DNA of 64,000 nt from Clostridia bacterium (GTDB lineage: Bacteria; Bacillota; Clostridia; Christensenellales; CAG-917): positions 15,854 to 79,853 of the forward strand of contig JAZLBO010000022.1 in NCBI GenBank assembly GCA_045613765.1, in the 5' to 3' direction. Every line of letters starts with the position of its first letter. Position 1 is the first letter of the stretch. The notes under the pieces were generated by a model that worked only from the letters and a program-made list of their open reading frames with translations, was not told the DNA's origin and made no database searches. Both the position numbers and the translations under genes were made by a program. This document shows positions 1-9,063 of this stretch, in pieces.

Positions 1-14
1 CGATTATTTTTTGT

Positions 15-956
15 TTATTTGCGAGCAAGGGCGCGTCTTGATGCCTCTATAATATCCTTGGTTGTAAGCCCAAATCTTTCGCTGAGATAAGGCAATTTGC
101 CAACTTCTCCAAAGGAATTGCGCACACCAACCATTTCCACGGGTGCAGGGCACTTTTCAACAACCACTTCTGCCACTGCAGAGCCAAGGCCACCGTTGGT
201 GGAGTGGTTTTCACAAGTGACAATTGCGCCTGTCGTTTTCACTGCGTCAATGATTGCGTCTTCGTCAATAGGTTTCCAAGTGTGCATATCAAGGACGGTG
301 GCGTTGATGCCTTCCTCCTTCAGCATATCTGCTGCCTCGATGGCACGTGCAACCATAATTCCACTTGCGATAATTGTGAGATCTTTGCCGTCACGGACTT
401 TGATTGCTTTGCCAAGGGTGAAATCTTTGATTTCATCATAGACTTTTTCTTGCTTTTTTCTGGGCATACGGATATACACAGGGCCGTTGTGCTCAATGAT
501 TGCAGGCAATGCTCTTTCAATCATTGTTGCATCGGCAGGTTCAAAGCATACCATCTTGGGAATTGCGCGCATAAGTGACATATCTTCAAAAGGCATGTGT
601 GTGCCACCGTTGGCTTCTGCTGTCACACCGGGGTCTGTGCCGACGATTTTGACAGGTTGCTTGGCATAAGCCACTGAAATGAAGATTTGGTCATAACAAC
701 GTCTTGTTGCAAATGGGCCAAAGGAATATGCAAAGGGGATTTTGCCCATGGTTGCAAGACCTGCAGACACACCAATAAGGTTTTGCTCTGCAATGCCTAC
801 GTTGATAAATCTATCGGGGTATGCTGTCTTAAAGCCTTTTGTTGCATGGCAACTCATAAGGTCGGCTTCAAGGACGACTATTCTGTTGTCTGTTTCTGCC
901 TCTTTGACAAGTGCATCGGCAAGTGCTTGTCGCATTTCTTTGTTGTCAGTCATCAT
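15..956 (-). CDS. transketolase, C-terminal subunit (split tkt)
   Basis: 313-aa ORF. FINVGIAEQNLIGVSAGLA and GGTHMPFEDM motifs match the pyrimidine-binding/C-terminal half of transketolase. ATGA start/stop overlap with 953..1771. Confidence 0.9.
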   Translation of the reverse strand: MMTDNKEMRQALADALVKEAETDNRIVVLEADLMSCHATKGFKTAYPDRFINVGIAEQNLIGVSAGLATMGKIPFAYSFGPFATRRCYDQIFISVAYAKQPVKIVGTDPGVTAEANGGTHMPFEDMSLMRAIPKMVCFEPADATMIERALPAIIEHNGPVYIRMPRKKQEKVYDEIKDFTLGKAIKVRDGKDLTIIASGIMVARAIEAADMLKEEGINATVLDMHTWKPIDEDAIIDAVKTTGAIVTCENHSTNGGLGSAVAEVVVEKCPAPVEMVGVRNSFGEVGKLPYLSERFGLTTKDIIEASRRALARK

Positions 957-1771
957 TCATACCTCCCTGTTTCTTTGCGCCAAAGTTCTTCGGGGATTGC
1001 CATACTATGACAATTTGCAAGACCTTCAGTGAAACTTGCGCCATATCCCTTGATTGTGTCAAGGACGATCATACTTGCCTTGCCCTTTTGTGCTTTTGCA
1101 TTGTCAATGGCAGTGCTGATTGCTTCAAGGTCGTGACCGTTGACTTCTTGTGTGTAGAAACCAAATGCCTTCCACTTGTCCACTGCAGGTGTGATTGCAT
1201 TGATATCGTCGGTGCGTCCGTCAAGTTGAAGTTTGTTGTTGTCAAGGAAAAGGATAAGGTTGTCAAGCCCACGGTTGCCTGCAAGCATTGTTGCCTCCCA
1301 CACTTGTCCTTCTTGTGCTTCACCGTCGCCAATGAAACAATAGATGGTTGCAGGGTTACCGTCCATCTTTGCACCGATTGCCATACCCACTGCGCAAGAT
1401 ATGCCTTGACCAAGTGAGCCTGCCGTCATATCAATGCCGGGAGTCTTGTTCATATCGCAGTGAGAAGGAAGATTTGTTCCGTTTTTGTTGAGAGTCTTTG
1501 TCCACTCTTTAGGATAATATCCAAGGTCTGCAAGGACTGCATACATAGCAGGGCCTGCGTGTCCCTTTGACATAATAACTCTGTCACGATCAACCATTTT
1601 GGGGTTGGTGGGATCAATGTTGGCTTTGTCGTAGTAGATGACTGTCAATGCATCAACAACAGACATTGCGCCACCAATGTGTCCACTGCCAAAATGCCCA
1701 ATGATTTCAATGACGTCATCACGGATTTTGCGTGCTTTTGTTGTCAAAAATTCAAGTTTCGTTTTGTCCAT
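953..1771 (-). CDS. transketolase, N-terminal (TPP-binding) subunit (split tkt)
   Basis: 272-aa ORF. GHIGGAMS, SKGHAGPAMY and GDGEAQEGQVWEA motifs match the thiamine-diphosphate-binding half. Confidence 0.9.
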   Translation of the reverse strand: MDKTKLEFLTTKARKIRDDVIEIIGHFGSGHIGGAMSVVDALTVIYYDKANIDPTNPKMVDRDRVIMSKGHAGPAMYAVLADLGYYPKEWTKTLNKNGTNLPSHCDMNKTPGIDMTAGSLGQGISCAVGMAIGAKMDGNPATIYCFIGDGEAQEGQVWEATMLAGNRGLDNLILFLDNNKLQLDGRTDDINAITPAVDKWKAFGFYTQEVNGHDLEAISTAIDNAKAQKGKASMIVLDTIKGYGASFTEGLANCHSMAIPEELWRKETGRYE

Positions 1772-1962
1772 AACTTTCTCCTGTATTTGCTATTATACCA
1801 CCATATCCCTTTCAATACAAGAGCCAATTTGAATATTTCTCACTGGCTTAAAACCGAGCGTTTCTCTTTGTTTTACGCTGTTTTTGATATGATAAATGTT
1901 GATTGATAGTTAAAATAACAAATTTTTGTCAACATTTTTTTGTAATTTTTCGTATAATAGTA

Positions 1963-1991
1963 TTGACAAACGCTCATACTTTATATAAAAT
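1963..1991 (+). promoter_or_regulatory. sigma-A-type promoter upstream of the NYN-domain gene
   Basis: TTGACA (1963-1968), 17-nt spacer, TAAAAT (1986-1991). About 85 nt upstream of ATG 2079. Confidence 0.55.
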
Positions 1992-2078
1992 GTAAGCACG
2001 ATATTCAATTCTTGGGAGTAGATTTCCTAATATACAGGAGCCTTCGAAACCAGGAATTTTTTTTTAGAGGTGCTACTA

Positions 2079-2789
2079 ATGAAAAGTGTTGCTATCTTGG
2101 TTGATGGTGGTTTTTACAAAAAACGTGCTCGTTTTCTTTTTGGAGATAAATCTCCGGAAGAAAGAGCCGATGAATTATATCAATATTGTTTGCGCCATGT
2201 TGCTTGCAAACAAAAAGATGTAGAGGAGCATTTGGAACTCTATAGAATTTTTTACTATGATTGTCATCCGTCAGATAAGAATGTTTTTGATCCTTTAACA
2301 GAAAAATCAATTTCGCTGAAGAAAGAACCTGCATATGAATGGAATGAAAAGTTTTTTGCAGAATTGATAAAAAAACGGAAAGTTGCTCTTCGTATGGGTG
2401 AAATTCTTGATGGTTCTTTGGCGTATAGACTTAAGGTTGATGTAACCAAAAAACTTTGTCGTAAAGAAATTGCTATTGATTCTTTGACGTTAGATGATTT
2501 TGAGCTTGAGATCAAACAAAAGGGTGTAGACATGCGTATCGGTTTAGATATTGCTTCTATTGCTCATAAGCAACAAGCTGACCGCATTATTCTAATTGCC
2601 GGAGATAGTGACTTTGTGCCTGCTGCAAAACATGCAAGGCGAGAAGGAATTGATTTCGTTTTAGATCCATTATGGCAACCAATAAAGCCTAGTTTGATGG
2701 AACATATAGACGGACTTATTTCAAAAACTCATAAACCAGGAAATAATACTAAAGATCCATTGTGTAGCAAACCTATTAAATTAATATAG
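2079..2789 (+). CDS. NYN-domain (LabA/limkain-b1-like PIN-fold) protein, predicted RNase
   Basis: ORF track gives 2070..2789. I place the start at ATG 2079, 9 nt after AGAGG. VAILVDGGF, GVDMRIGLD and IILIAGDSDFVPA follow the NYN acidic-residue pattern. Confidence 0.8.
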   Translation: MKSVAILVDGGFYKKRARFLFGDKSPEERADELYQYCLRHVACKQKDVEEHLELYRIFYYDCHPSDKNVFDPLTEKSISLKKEPAYEWNEKFFAELIKKRKVALRMGEILDGSLAYRLKVDVTKKLCRKEIAIDSLTLDDFELEIKQKGVDMRIGLDIASIAHKQQADRIILIAGDSDFVPAAKHARREGIDFVLDPLWQPIKPSLMEHIDGLISKTHKPGNNTKDPLCSKPIKLI

Positions 2790-2835
2790 TTTGCAATTAA
2801 TAATTCATTTGATTAAACTTTTGCCGAAAATGAAA

Positions 2836-2881
2836 AGAGTGGCGCCAGAAAGCGGTTTAGCGTGACGCCACTCTTTTTTTC
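2836..2881 (+). terminator. rho-independent terminator after the NYN gene
   Basis: AGAGTGGCG / CGCCACTCT 9-bp stem followed by a T-run. An A-run on the 5' side makes it potentially bidirectional. Confidence 0.7.
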
Positions 2882-2917
2882 TGCGCATATACTTTTTATT
2901 TTCTGCATAACTGGTAC

Positions 2918-3148
2918 AACGTTTATTACTGCCATCCATATTGTAGTTGTGAACGTGGAACAAATGAACGGATAAATCGTGAAATTCGTAGGCATGTTCC
3001 AAAGGGCACCGATTTATCAAAATTGACTGAAAGTGATGTGCAAAAGGTTGAAGATTGGGTGAATCAATATTCACGAAGAATCTTCAACTATGCATCTTCA
3101 CAGGAGTTGTTTGACCGGCAAATTGAATTGTTGTATTCATCTGGATAG
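2918..3148 (+). pseudogene. IS30-family transposase, C-terminal remnant (5'-truncated)
   Basis: Manual translation gives NVYYCHPYCSCERGTNERINREIRRHVPKGTDLSKLTESDVQKVEDWVNQYSRRIFNYASSQELFDRQ...*. This fits the IS30 DDE C-terminus pattern (P-Y-x-S-W-E-R-G-x-N-E-N...PKG-x-D-x-S...E-x-F). There is no start codon and no N-terminal two-thirds. Confidence 0.75.
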
Positions 3149-3246
3149 TATTTTATTTCCCAAAGCGAAAAAACCAACAAATAAAGGCAAGAAATGACGC
3201 TTGTCCGGTTTACTTTTCGCATTTATTGTTAAAAATTGATCTTTAG

Positions 3247-3282
3247 CCCCTACCCAAGGCGAAATTTCGCCTTGGATAGGGG
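3247..3282. repeat. 36-bp near-perfect palindrome
   Basis: CCCCTACCCAAGGCGAAA|TTTCGCCTTGGATAGGGG, 17 of 18 positions pair. Followed by GTTTTG. Lies between the IS30 remnant and the next gene. Confidence 0.8.
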
Positions 3283-3385
3283 GTTTTGCTATTAATTATA
3301 CACAATTTTAATTTTTAAGAAAAAATTGGCAGAAATTGTTGACATTTACAAATATTTCTCACTCATCTTCACAAACTACCCCCGT

Positions 3386-3889
3386 ATGAAAAAATCAACA
3401 CAAAATGTTCCCCCGTCTTCAAAGGAAATCAACCACACAATATACACATTCATACTGCCGATTTTTGTGGCAACTTTTTCTTTATGCCTTCTGTTGTTTG
3501 TCCTTGTCAACACCCTGACAAATGCAAGATACAACCACATTGCAAAGGCATCTGGATTTGAGTTTGAAGTCACTGATGAATTTGTAGATTTTTATGAAAA
3601 CGAAATCTCTCATCACAAGGTCATTTCCAACCTTGAAGATGAACACTTTGCCACCCTTGAAAGCAAGTACAATTTGACAAGAAACAAAGTGGCACTTCTC
3701 CTTATCCTTGAAGACTTTGGCAAGTTGGTTGACAACCCAAAGACTTTTGATGAATTGACAAAAACAAGTGATAACAAGTTGATTTTGTATGCTAAAACCC
3801 TTGTTAATGCATATAGCCAAAATCTTGACGAAGATGAAAAAGACCTTTTGAAACTGAAATTCCTCACCCTTTTGAAAGGCAAATCTTGA
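3386..3889 (+). CDS. hypothetical single-pass membrane protein
   Basis: ORF track gives 3326..3889. ATG 3386 (MKKSTQNV...) is preferred as the start. One hydrophobic helix (IYTFILPIFVATFSLCLLLFVLV) followed by an acidic helical region. No clear RBS. Confidence 0.5.
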   Translation: MKKSTQNVPPSSKEINHTIYTFILPIFVATFSLCLLLFVLVNTLTNARYNHIAKASGFEFEVTDEFVDFYENEISHHKVISNLEDEHFATLESKYNLTRNKVALLLILEDFGKLVDNPKTFDELTKTSDNKLILYAKTLVNAYSQNLDEDEKDLLKLKFLTLLKGKS

Positions 3890-4214
3890 AAAAATCAACC
3901 CCACAACCACAACAAATCAACACCCTGTTTTTAGGGCGCAAGCCACCATCTTCAACCCCTGTCTGTCACCCAAAATACACCCCCTTTCAAACAACAAACA
4001 ACGTTTTTGTGCAACGGGAATTTCAAGACACAACACACAACAAACTGACGTCAAAAAGGCGTCATTTTTTTGTGCATATTTGCATCTTTATACAAGTTTT
4101 TTCTTCATAGACACAAAAATCACACTTTTTCAAAAATATTTTTTGAAACCTATCTCAAAATTTGTTGATTTTTGACATTTTTGTGTTATCTTAAATAACA
4201 AGAGGTTATTTATT

Positions 4215-5999
4215 ATGATTTTTGGAAAACCAATCAACAAATACTACTTGCGATACGGCTGGGCATTGTTGCTGGGCGTATTGTTTCTTATTTTGGTGGA
4301 CTATCTTCAATTGGAAGTGCCAGAGTTGTATCGTATGGTAGTCAACGGCGTCAATAACGGCGAAGTTATGAAAGACGGTGTGATGTACACCTTCAATATG
4401 GATTTCATACTCGACGAAATTTGCAAGCCATTTTTTATCATTATTGCACTGATTGTTGCAGGTAGATTTGCTTGGCGTATCTGCCTTTTTAGTGCTGCTC
4501 ACAAGGTGGAAAGAAACCTTCGTGCAAGTATGTTCTCTAAGGCAAAAGACCTTTCACAACAATACTACCAAGTCAACAAAGTTGGCGATCTTATGTCCCT
4601 TTTCACCAATGACGTGAAGACGATACAAGAGTGCTTTGGTTGGGGCGTTTTGCAAATGAGTGACGCCATCTTCCTTGGTGGATTGGCACTTTACAAGATG
4701 TTCAATATGAACTGGATTCTTGCACTGCTCACCCTTATCCCCATATCAATTTTGTTTGCCATCAGCGTTGTCTTGGGCAAATATATGGACAAAAAATGGG
4801 ACGAGCGTCAAGCAGCATTTTCTTCACTTTCGGACTTTGCGCAAGAAAGTTTTTCTGGCATTGCCGTTGTCAAGGCTTTTGTCAAGGAATTCAATGAACT
4901 GTGGGCATTCAAAAAACTCAATCGCAACAACGAAGATGCCAACGTTGCCTTCACAAAGGCATCAACACTTCTCCACGTCCTTGTGACGTTGCTCGTTGAG
5001 TCAATCGTCTGCATCATTTTGGGATACGGTGGATATCTTGTCTATCAATCCATCTTCAATGCAGGACAACTGATTGAATTTATTGCATATTTCAATGCAA
5101 TCATTTGGCCTGTCATGGCAGTGTCCGAACTTATTGGTATGCACGCAATGGGCAAGGCATCGCTTAGACGTATCGAAAGACTTCTTAATGCAGAAGTTGA
5201 TGTCAAAGATCGTGAAGACGTTGTGGATATTGAAGAAATCAAAGGCGAAATTGAGTTTAGAAATCTCAGTTTTACATACCCCGACGCAGACTATCAAGCA
5301 TTGACAGACGTTTCCTTCAAGGTCAACGCAGGGGAAAGCGTTGGTATCATTGGTCGCACGGGCGCAGGCAAGACAACTTTGGTTGACCTTCTTCTTCGTG
5401 TGTACAACGTGGAAGACGGCACGCTTTTCATTGACGGACATGACGTCAACTCTATCCCTATCAAGCGTGTCCGTGAGTTCTGCTCATACGTGCCGCAAGA
5501 CAACTTCCTTTTCAGCGACACCATTGAAAACAACATTGCATTTTCTCTTGACAGTGTTGACGCAGATGCAGTCAAAGAAAGCGCAATATTTGCAGGTGTC
5601 AATGACGATATCGTTGAATTCCCCATGGAATATCAAACAATACTTGGCGAGCGTGGTGTGACAGTGTCCGGTGGACAAAAGCAACGTATTTCAATCGCTC
5701 GTGCTTTGGTCAAAGATGCACCCATACTCATTTTGGACGACTCTGTTTCTGCAGTTGACACCAACACAGAAAAGACAATCCTTACAAACCTTGCCAACAC
5801 TCGCAAGGGCAAGACAACAATCCTTATTGCCCACAGAGTGTCAACAATTCAATCTATGGACAAAATCGTTTTCGTTGATGACGGAAAGGTTATTGCCGTA
5901 GGCAACCACGACGAACTCTATGAAAACTGCGTAGAATATCGCAGAACTGTAGAACTTCAAAAACTCGAAGACGAAAAAGGAGGTGAGTTCAATGCGTGA
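4215..5999 (+). CDS. ABC exporter permease/ATPase, subunit 1 of a heterodimer (degenerate Walker B)
   Basis: 594 aa. N-terminal 6-TM exporter domain. Walker A GRTGAGKTT, signature VSGGQKQRISIARAL, Walker B ILILDDSVSAVD with Asp in place of the catalytic Glu. RBS AAGAGG. Confidence 0.9.
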   Translation: MIFGKPINKYYLRYGWALLLGVLFLILVDYLQLEVPELYRMVVNGVNNGEVMKDGVMYTFNMDFILDEICKPFFIIIALIVAGRFAWRICLFSAAHKVERNLRASMFSKAKDLSQQYYQVNKVGDLMSLFTNDVKTIQECFGWGVLQMSDAIFLGGLALYKMFNMNWILALLTLIPISILFAISVVLGKYMDKKWDERQAAFSSLSDFAQESFSGIAVVKAFVKEFNELWAFKKLNRNNEDANVAFTKASTLLHVLVTLLVESIVCIILGYGGYLVYQSIFNAGQLIEFIAYFNAIIWPVMAVSELIGMHAMGKASLRRIERLLNAEVDVKDREDVVDIEEIKGEIEFRNLSFTYPDADYQALTDVSFKVNAGESVGIIGRTGAGKTTLVDLLLRVYNVEDGTLFIDGHDVNSIPIKRVREFCSYVPQDNFLFSDTIENNIAFSLDSVDADAVKESAIFAGVNDDIVEFPMEYQTILGERGVTVSGGQKQRISIARALVKDAPILILDDSVSAVDTNTEKTILTNLANTRKGKTTILIAHRVSTIQSMDKIVFVDDGKVIAVGNHDELYENCVEYRRTVELQKLEDEKGGEFNA

Positions 6000-7887
6000 G
6001 TATTATCCCCTTCTTGCAATCGGTGCAATTCTCGGCACAGTTTCAACAATACTTCTCATAGCCTTTGCTCTTGTCAAAGACAAAAAAGAAGCAATGGGCT
6101 TTGACCGCAAAATCAAGGATAGCGAAATCATCAAGCGCCTTGCAAAGTATGCAAGACCTTATTGGAAAAACTTTGTCCTTGTGGGATTTTTGATGCTCAT
6201 ATCAATCGCATACGAAATCCTTTCTCCCCTTATCGTCAAGTACATTGAGGAACTTGTCCTTCAACAATTTGAGTTGAAGACGCTGTATATTGCCGTTGCC
6301 GTGTACGGAAGTGTCCTTGTGCTTTCACTTGTCAGCACCTACTTCCAATCATTGATACTGCAAAAGACAGGTCAAAAGATCGTGTCCGGTCTTCGTGAAG
6401 ACATATTCACTCATATCGAATCACTTTCACACGCTCAACTGCACTCAACCCCCGTTGGCAAATTTGTCACAAGAGTCACCAACGATACCAATGCAATTTC
6501 ACACACGTTTACAAGCATAGTTGTTCAACTTGCCAAAAATATGGTTGTGGTTGCAGGCGTTCTTGTTGCAATGTTCTGCCTCAACTACTTACTTGCATTG
6601 ATGATCCTTTGTTTTGTGCCCTTTATCGTGCTCTTTACAATCTTCTTCCGCAAGTTTACAAGACGTGCATTTAGACGTGAAAAAGATTGCACGACCGACA
6701 TCAATACATATCTCAGTGAGCACCTTTCTGGCATGAAGATCATCCAAATCTTCTCAAAGGAAAACCAAAAGGTTGCCACATTTGAAGAAAAGAACAACAA
6801 TCTCTACAAGGCAGCCCAAGAAATTATCTACGTCTTTGGCATATTCCGTCCTCTTATCTACCTTCTCTCTGCATTGGCAACACTCTGCTTGTTCTACGTA
6901 GGCTCAAAGGGATACATTGAAGGGGCGACATTTATGGGGCAAGCAATTTCAAGTGGTACAATCATTGCTTTCTATATGTACACTTCCAAGTTCTTCAATC
7001 CCATCCAAAGCCTTGCAGAACAATTCCACAGTCTTCAATCGTCATTTGCATCTGCAGAAAAGATTTTCACAATCCTTGATATGCAGCCCGAAATCGTGGA
7101 CGATCCCGATGCAATCGAACTTGACGAAGTCAAAGGGGAAATCGAATTTAAGAACGTTTGGTTCCAATACGTCCCTGACACTTGGGTACTCAAGGACGTG
7201 TCCTTCAAGATTGACGCAGGTCAAACAGTGGCATTTGTTGGTGCAACGGGTTCTGGCAAGACAACCATCTTGTCACTGCTCTGTCGCAACTACGAAGTGC
7301 AACAAGGCGAAATCTTGCTTGACGGCATCAACATCAACAAAATCAAGGTGTCATCTTTGAGAAAACACTTTGGACAAATGCTCCAAGACGTGTTCCTTTT
7401 CTCTGGAACAATCAGGAGCAACATCACCCTTCGTGATGAAGAATTCACCGACGAGCAAATTATGGATGCTTGCAGATACGTCAATGCAGACAAGCTCATT
7501 GACAAATTGCCCAAAGGTCTTGATGAAGAAGTCCGTGAAAGAGGCAACAACTTCTCTGCAGGTCAACGTCAACTTTTGTCCTTTGCTCGTACAATGATTC
7601 GCAAGCCCGAAGTTATGATCCTTGACGAAGCCACTGCCAATATCGACACCGAAACCGAGCAACTCATCCAAGACTCTCTTGAAAAGATGATGTCGGTGGG
7701 CACAATGCTTATTGTTGCACACAGGCTTTCAACCATCCAACATGCAGACAATATTATCGTCCTTGGTGATGGCGAAATCTTGGAACAAGGCAACCACAAT
7801 GACTTGCTCAAAAATAAAGGCAAGTATCACAGCCTTTATATGCTCCAATATGAAAAACAACGTCTTGAAAAGGGCGAAAGTGATTGA
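5992..7887 (+). CDS. ABC exporter permease/ATPase, subunit 2 of a heterodimer
   Basis: ORF track gives 5983..7887. ATG 5992 lies 8 nt after GGAGG and overlaps the upstream stop by 8 nt. Walker A GATGSGKTT, deviant signature FSAGQRQLLSFARTM, canonical Walker B VMILDEATANID. Confidence 0.9.
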   Translation: MREYYPLLAIGAILGTVSTILLIAFALVKDKKEAMGFDRKIKDSEIIKRLAKYARPYWKNFVLVGFLMLISIAYEILSPLIVKYIEELVLQQFELKTLYIAVAVYGSVLVLSLVSTYFQSLILQKTGQKIVSGLREDIFTHIESLSHAQLHSTPVGKFVTRVTNDTNAISHTFTSIVVQLAKNMVVVAGVLVAMFCLNYLLALMILCFVPFIVLFTIFFRKFTRRAFRREKDCTTDINTYLSEHLSGMKIIQIFSKENQKVATFEEKNNNLYKAAQEIIYVFGIFRPLIYLLSALATLCLFYVGSKGYIEGATFMGQAISSGTIIAFYMYTSKFFNPIQSLAEQFHSLQSSFASAEKIFTILDMQPEIVDDPDAIELDEVKGEIEFKNVWFQYVPDTWVLKDVSFKIDAGQTVAFVGATGSGKTTILSLLCRNYEVQQGEILLDGININKIKVSSLRKHFGQMLQDVFLFSGTIRSNITLRDEEFTDEQIMDACRYVNADKLIDKLPKGLDEEVRERGNNFSAGQRQLLSFARTMIRKPEVMILDEATANIDTETEQLIQDSLEKMMSVGTMLIVAHRLSTIQHADNIIVLGDGEILEQGNHNDLLKNKGKYHSLYMLQYEKQRLEKGESD

Positions 7888-7911
7888 TAAACTGCTTGTT
7901 TGGAGAATAAG

Positions 7912-8370
7912 ATGAACAACAAGGCATACAATTATTACGGCGCAGAGCATAAAATAAACGTGAAAAATTGCTTGTATGACGGCATAAAAAACATACACGA
8001 TTTATACGACGCTCTCGTCAAATCTTGGTCAAGAGAAACCTGCACCCAAAGGCTACGGCACAAGTGGACAAAGGAAGATTACACCTGTGGACAATGTGCA
8101 ATCACTGCCTTTGTTGTGCAAGATATTTTTGGCGGGGACATATATGAAATCCCTCTTGAAAGCGGTGGCGTGCACTGTTTCAACCTTATTGACGGAGTGG
8201 CAGTTGACCTTGCCAGTGAGCAGTTTGGCGACAAGGCAAAAGACTTGGACTACACAAACAATATCGCACTCCAAGACCGAGAACTTCGTATGCTACAGCC
8301 GGGCAAGAAAGAAAGATATGAACTGTTGAAATCCAACCTGAAAGCATATCTTGACGGCAACAAACATTAA
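7912..8370 (+). CDS. YunG-like protein (uncharacterised family)
   Basis: ATG 7912 follows GGAGAA. SWSRETC...CGQCAITAFVVQDIFGGDIY...HCFNLIDGVAVDLASEQF resembles the pattern I recall for B. subtilis YunG-family proteins. Confidence 0.65.
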   Translation: MNNKAYNYYGAEHKINVKNCLYDGIKNIHDLYDALVKSWSRETCTQRLRHKWTKEDYTCGQCAITAFVVQDIFGGDIYEIPLESGGVHCFNLIDGVAVDLASEQFGDKAKDLDYTNNIALQDRELRMLQPGKKERYELLKSNLKAYLDGNKH

Positions 8371-8395
8371 AGAAAATCACAAAAAATACAAAAGA

Positions 8396-8424
8396 AAACG
8401 CACCGAAATTGGTGCGTTTTTTGT
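8396..8424. terminator. bidirectional rho-independent terminator
   Basis: AAACGCACC-gaaatt-GGTGCGTTT flanked by an A-run and a T-run. Sits between convergent genes 7912..8370 (+) and 8447..8818 (-). Confidence 0.8.
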
Positions 8425-8446
8425 TTTATGAAATTTCTCTATTAAG

Positions 8447-8818
8447 TTAAAAATAAAAATAAGGCAACTGATTATATTCGGGATTATTTCTATACTGGTC
8501 GGGAAGATTTGTGTTTGCCATATATTTGTCACGAAAACTATTGTCGGGCATATCACATAAACAAATATAGGAGCACTTCCCTTCAAGTTCCTTGACAAGC
8601 TTGGACTCATATTGAGGAAAAGCAAACTTGTTCAAATACTCAATAAACCCATCATCACTGGGGCTTCTCCCCATCTTCCTTTTTATAGATTCTGCTTCAG
8701 GTGACTTGCTGAGCCAAGTGCAATATTTAAGACAATGCTCTCTCAAATTGTCTGCAACCTCATTGGGCACTGAATATACGTTGCAACTATATGTTTCACC
8801 AAGCAATACTTTCTTCAT
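8447..8818 (-). CDS. hypothetical small cytoplasmic protein, paralog 1 (MKKVLLG...PEYNQLPYFYF family)
   Basis: 123 aa. N- and C-termini nearly identical to 10385..10732, centre diverged. Consensus promoter upstream. Confidence 0.75.
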   Translation of the reverse strand: MKKVLLGETYSCNVYSVPNEVADNLREHCLKYCTWLSKSPEAESIKRKMGRSPSDDGFIEYLNKFAFPQYESKLVKELEGKCSYICLCDMPDNSFRDKYMANTNLPDQYRNNPEYNQLPYFYF

Positions 8819-8849
8819 AGTTTTTCCTTTTTTTGTGTTTGTTGTTATT

Positions 8850-8877
8850 ATTATAGCAGTCTTTATAGTGTTGTCAA
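8850..8877 (-). promoter_or_regulatory. consensus sigma-A promoter of paralog 1
   Basis: Minus strand reads TTGACA, 16 nt, TGcTATAAT (extended -10). About 30 nt upstream of ATG 8818. Confidence 0.7.
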
Positions 8878-8913
8878 TCTTTTACTTCAAAGGATTGTGT
8901 GTACCTTTATAAA

Positions 8914-8942
8914 TTGGATTTTTTATTTTTTTGTGATATAAT
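8914..8942 (+). promoter_or_regulatory. sigma-A-type promoter upstream of the ECF sigma operon
   Basis: TTGGAT (8914-8919), 17 nt, TGaTATAAT (extended -10, TATAAT at 8937-8942). Confidence 0.55.
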
Positions 8943-9015
8943 CAACAAAAAGAAACATTTACAACAAGCAATCAACAAACAATTTATCACAAATTTTAAT
9001 TTTTTTGCTTTTTGA

Positions 9016-9044
9016 TGAAACGTTTTGCGTAGTTGTGAGTCTTA
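9016..9044 (+). promoter_or_regulatory. candidate ECF-type autoregulatory promoter
   Basis: TGAAAC (9016-9021), 16 nt, aGTCTTA (GTC at 9039-9041). Resembles SigW/SigM-type AAC-N16/17-CGT(C/A) promoters. Lies just upstream of the RBS. Confidence 0.3.
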
Positions 9045-9063
9045 TAAGCGAGGAGGTGAGAAA

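Noticed and set aside
2805-3074. 89-aa minus-strand ORF
   Set aside because: It lies antisense to the IS30 transposase remnant, which gives a much better-supported reading on the plus strand, and it runs through the NYN-gene terminator.
3886-4110. 74-aa ORF starting MKKST, echoing the MKKST start of the preceding gene (shared GAAAAAATCAAC 500 nt apart)
   Set aside because: The TTG start overlaps the preceding stop. The product is P/Q/T-rich with no RBS. The 12-nt identity is too short to call a duplication.
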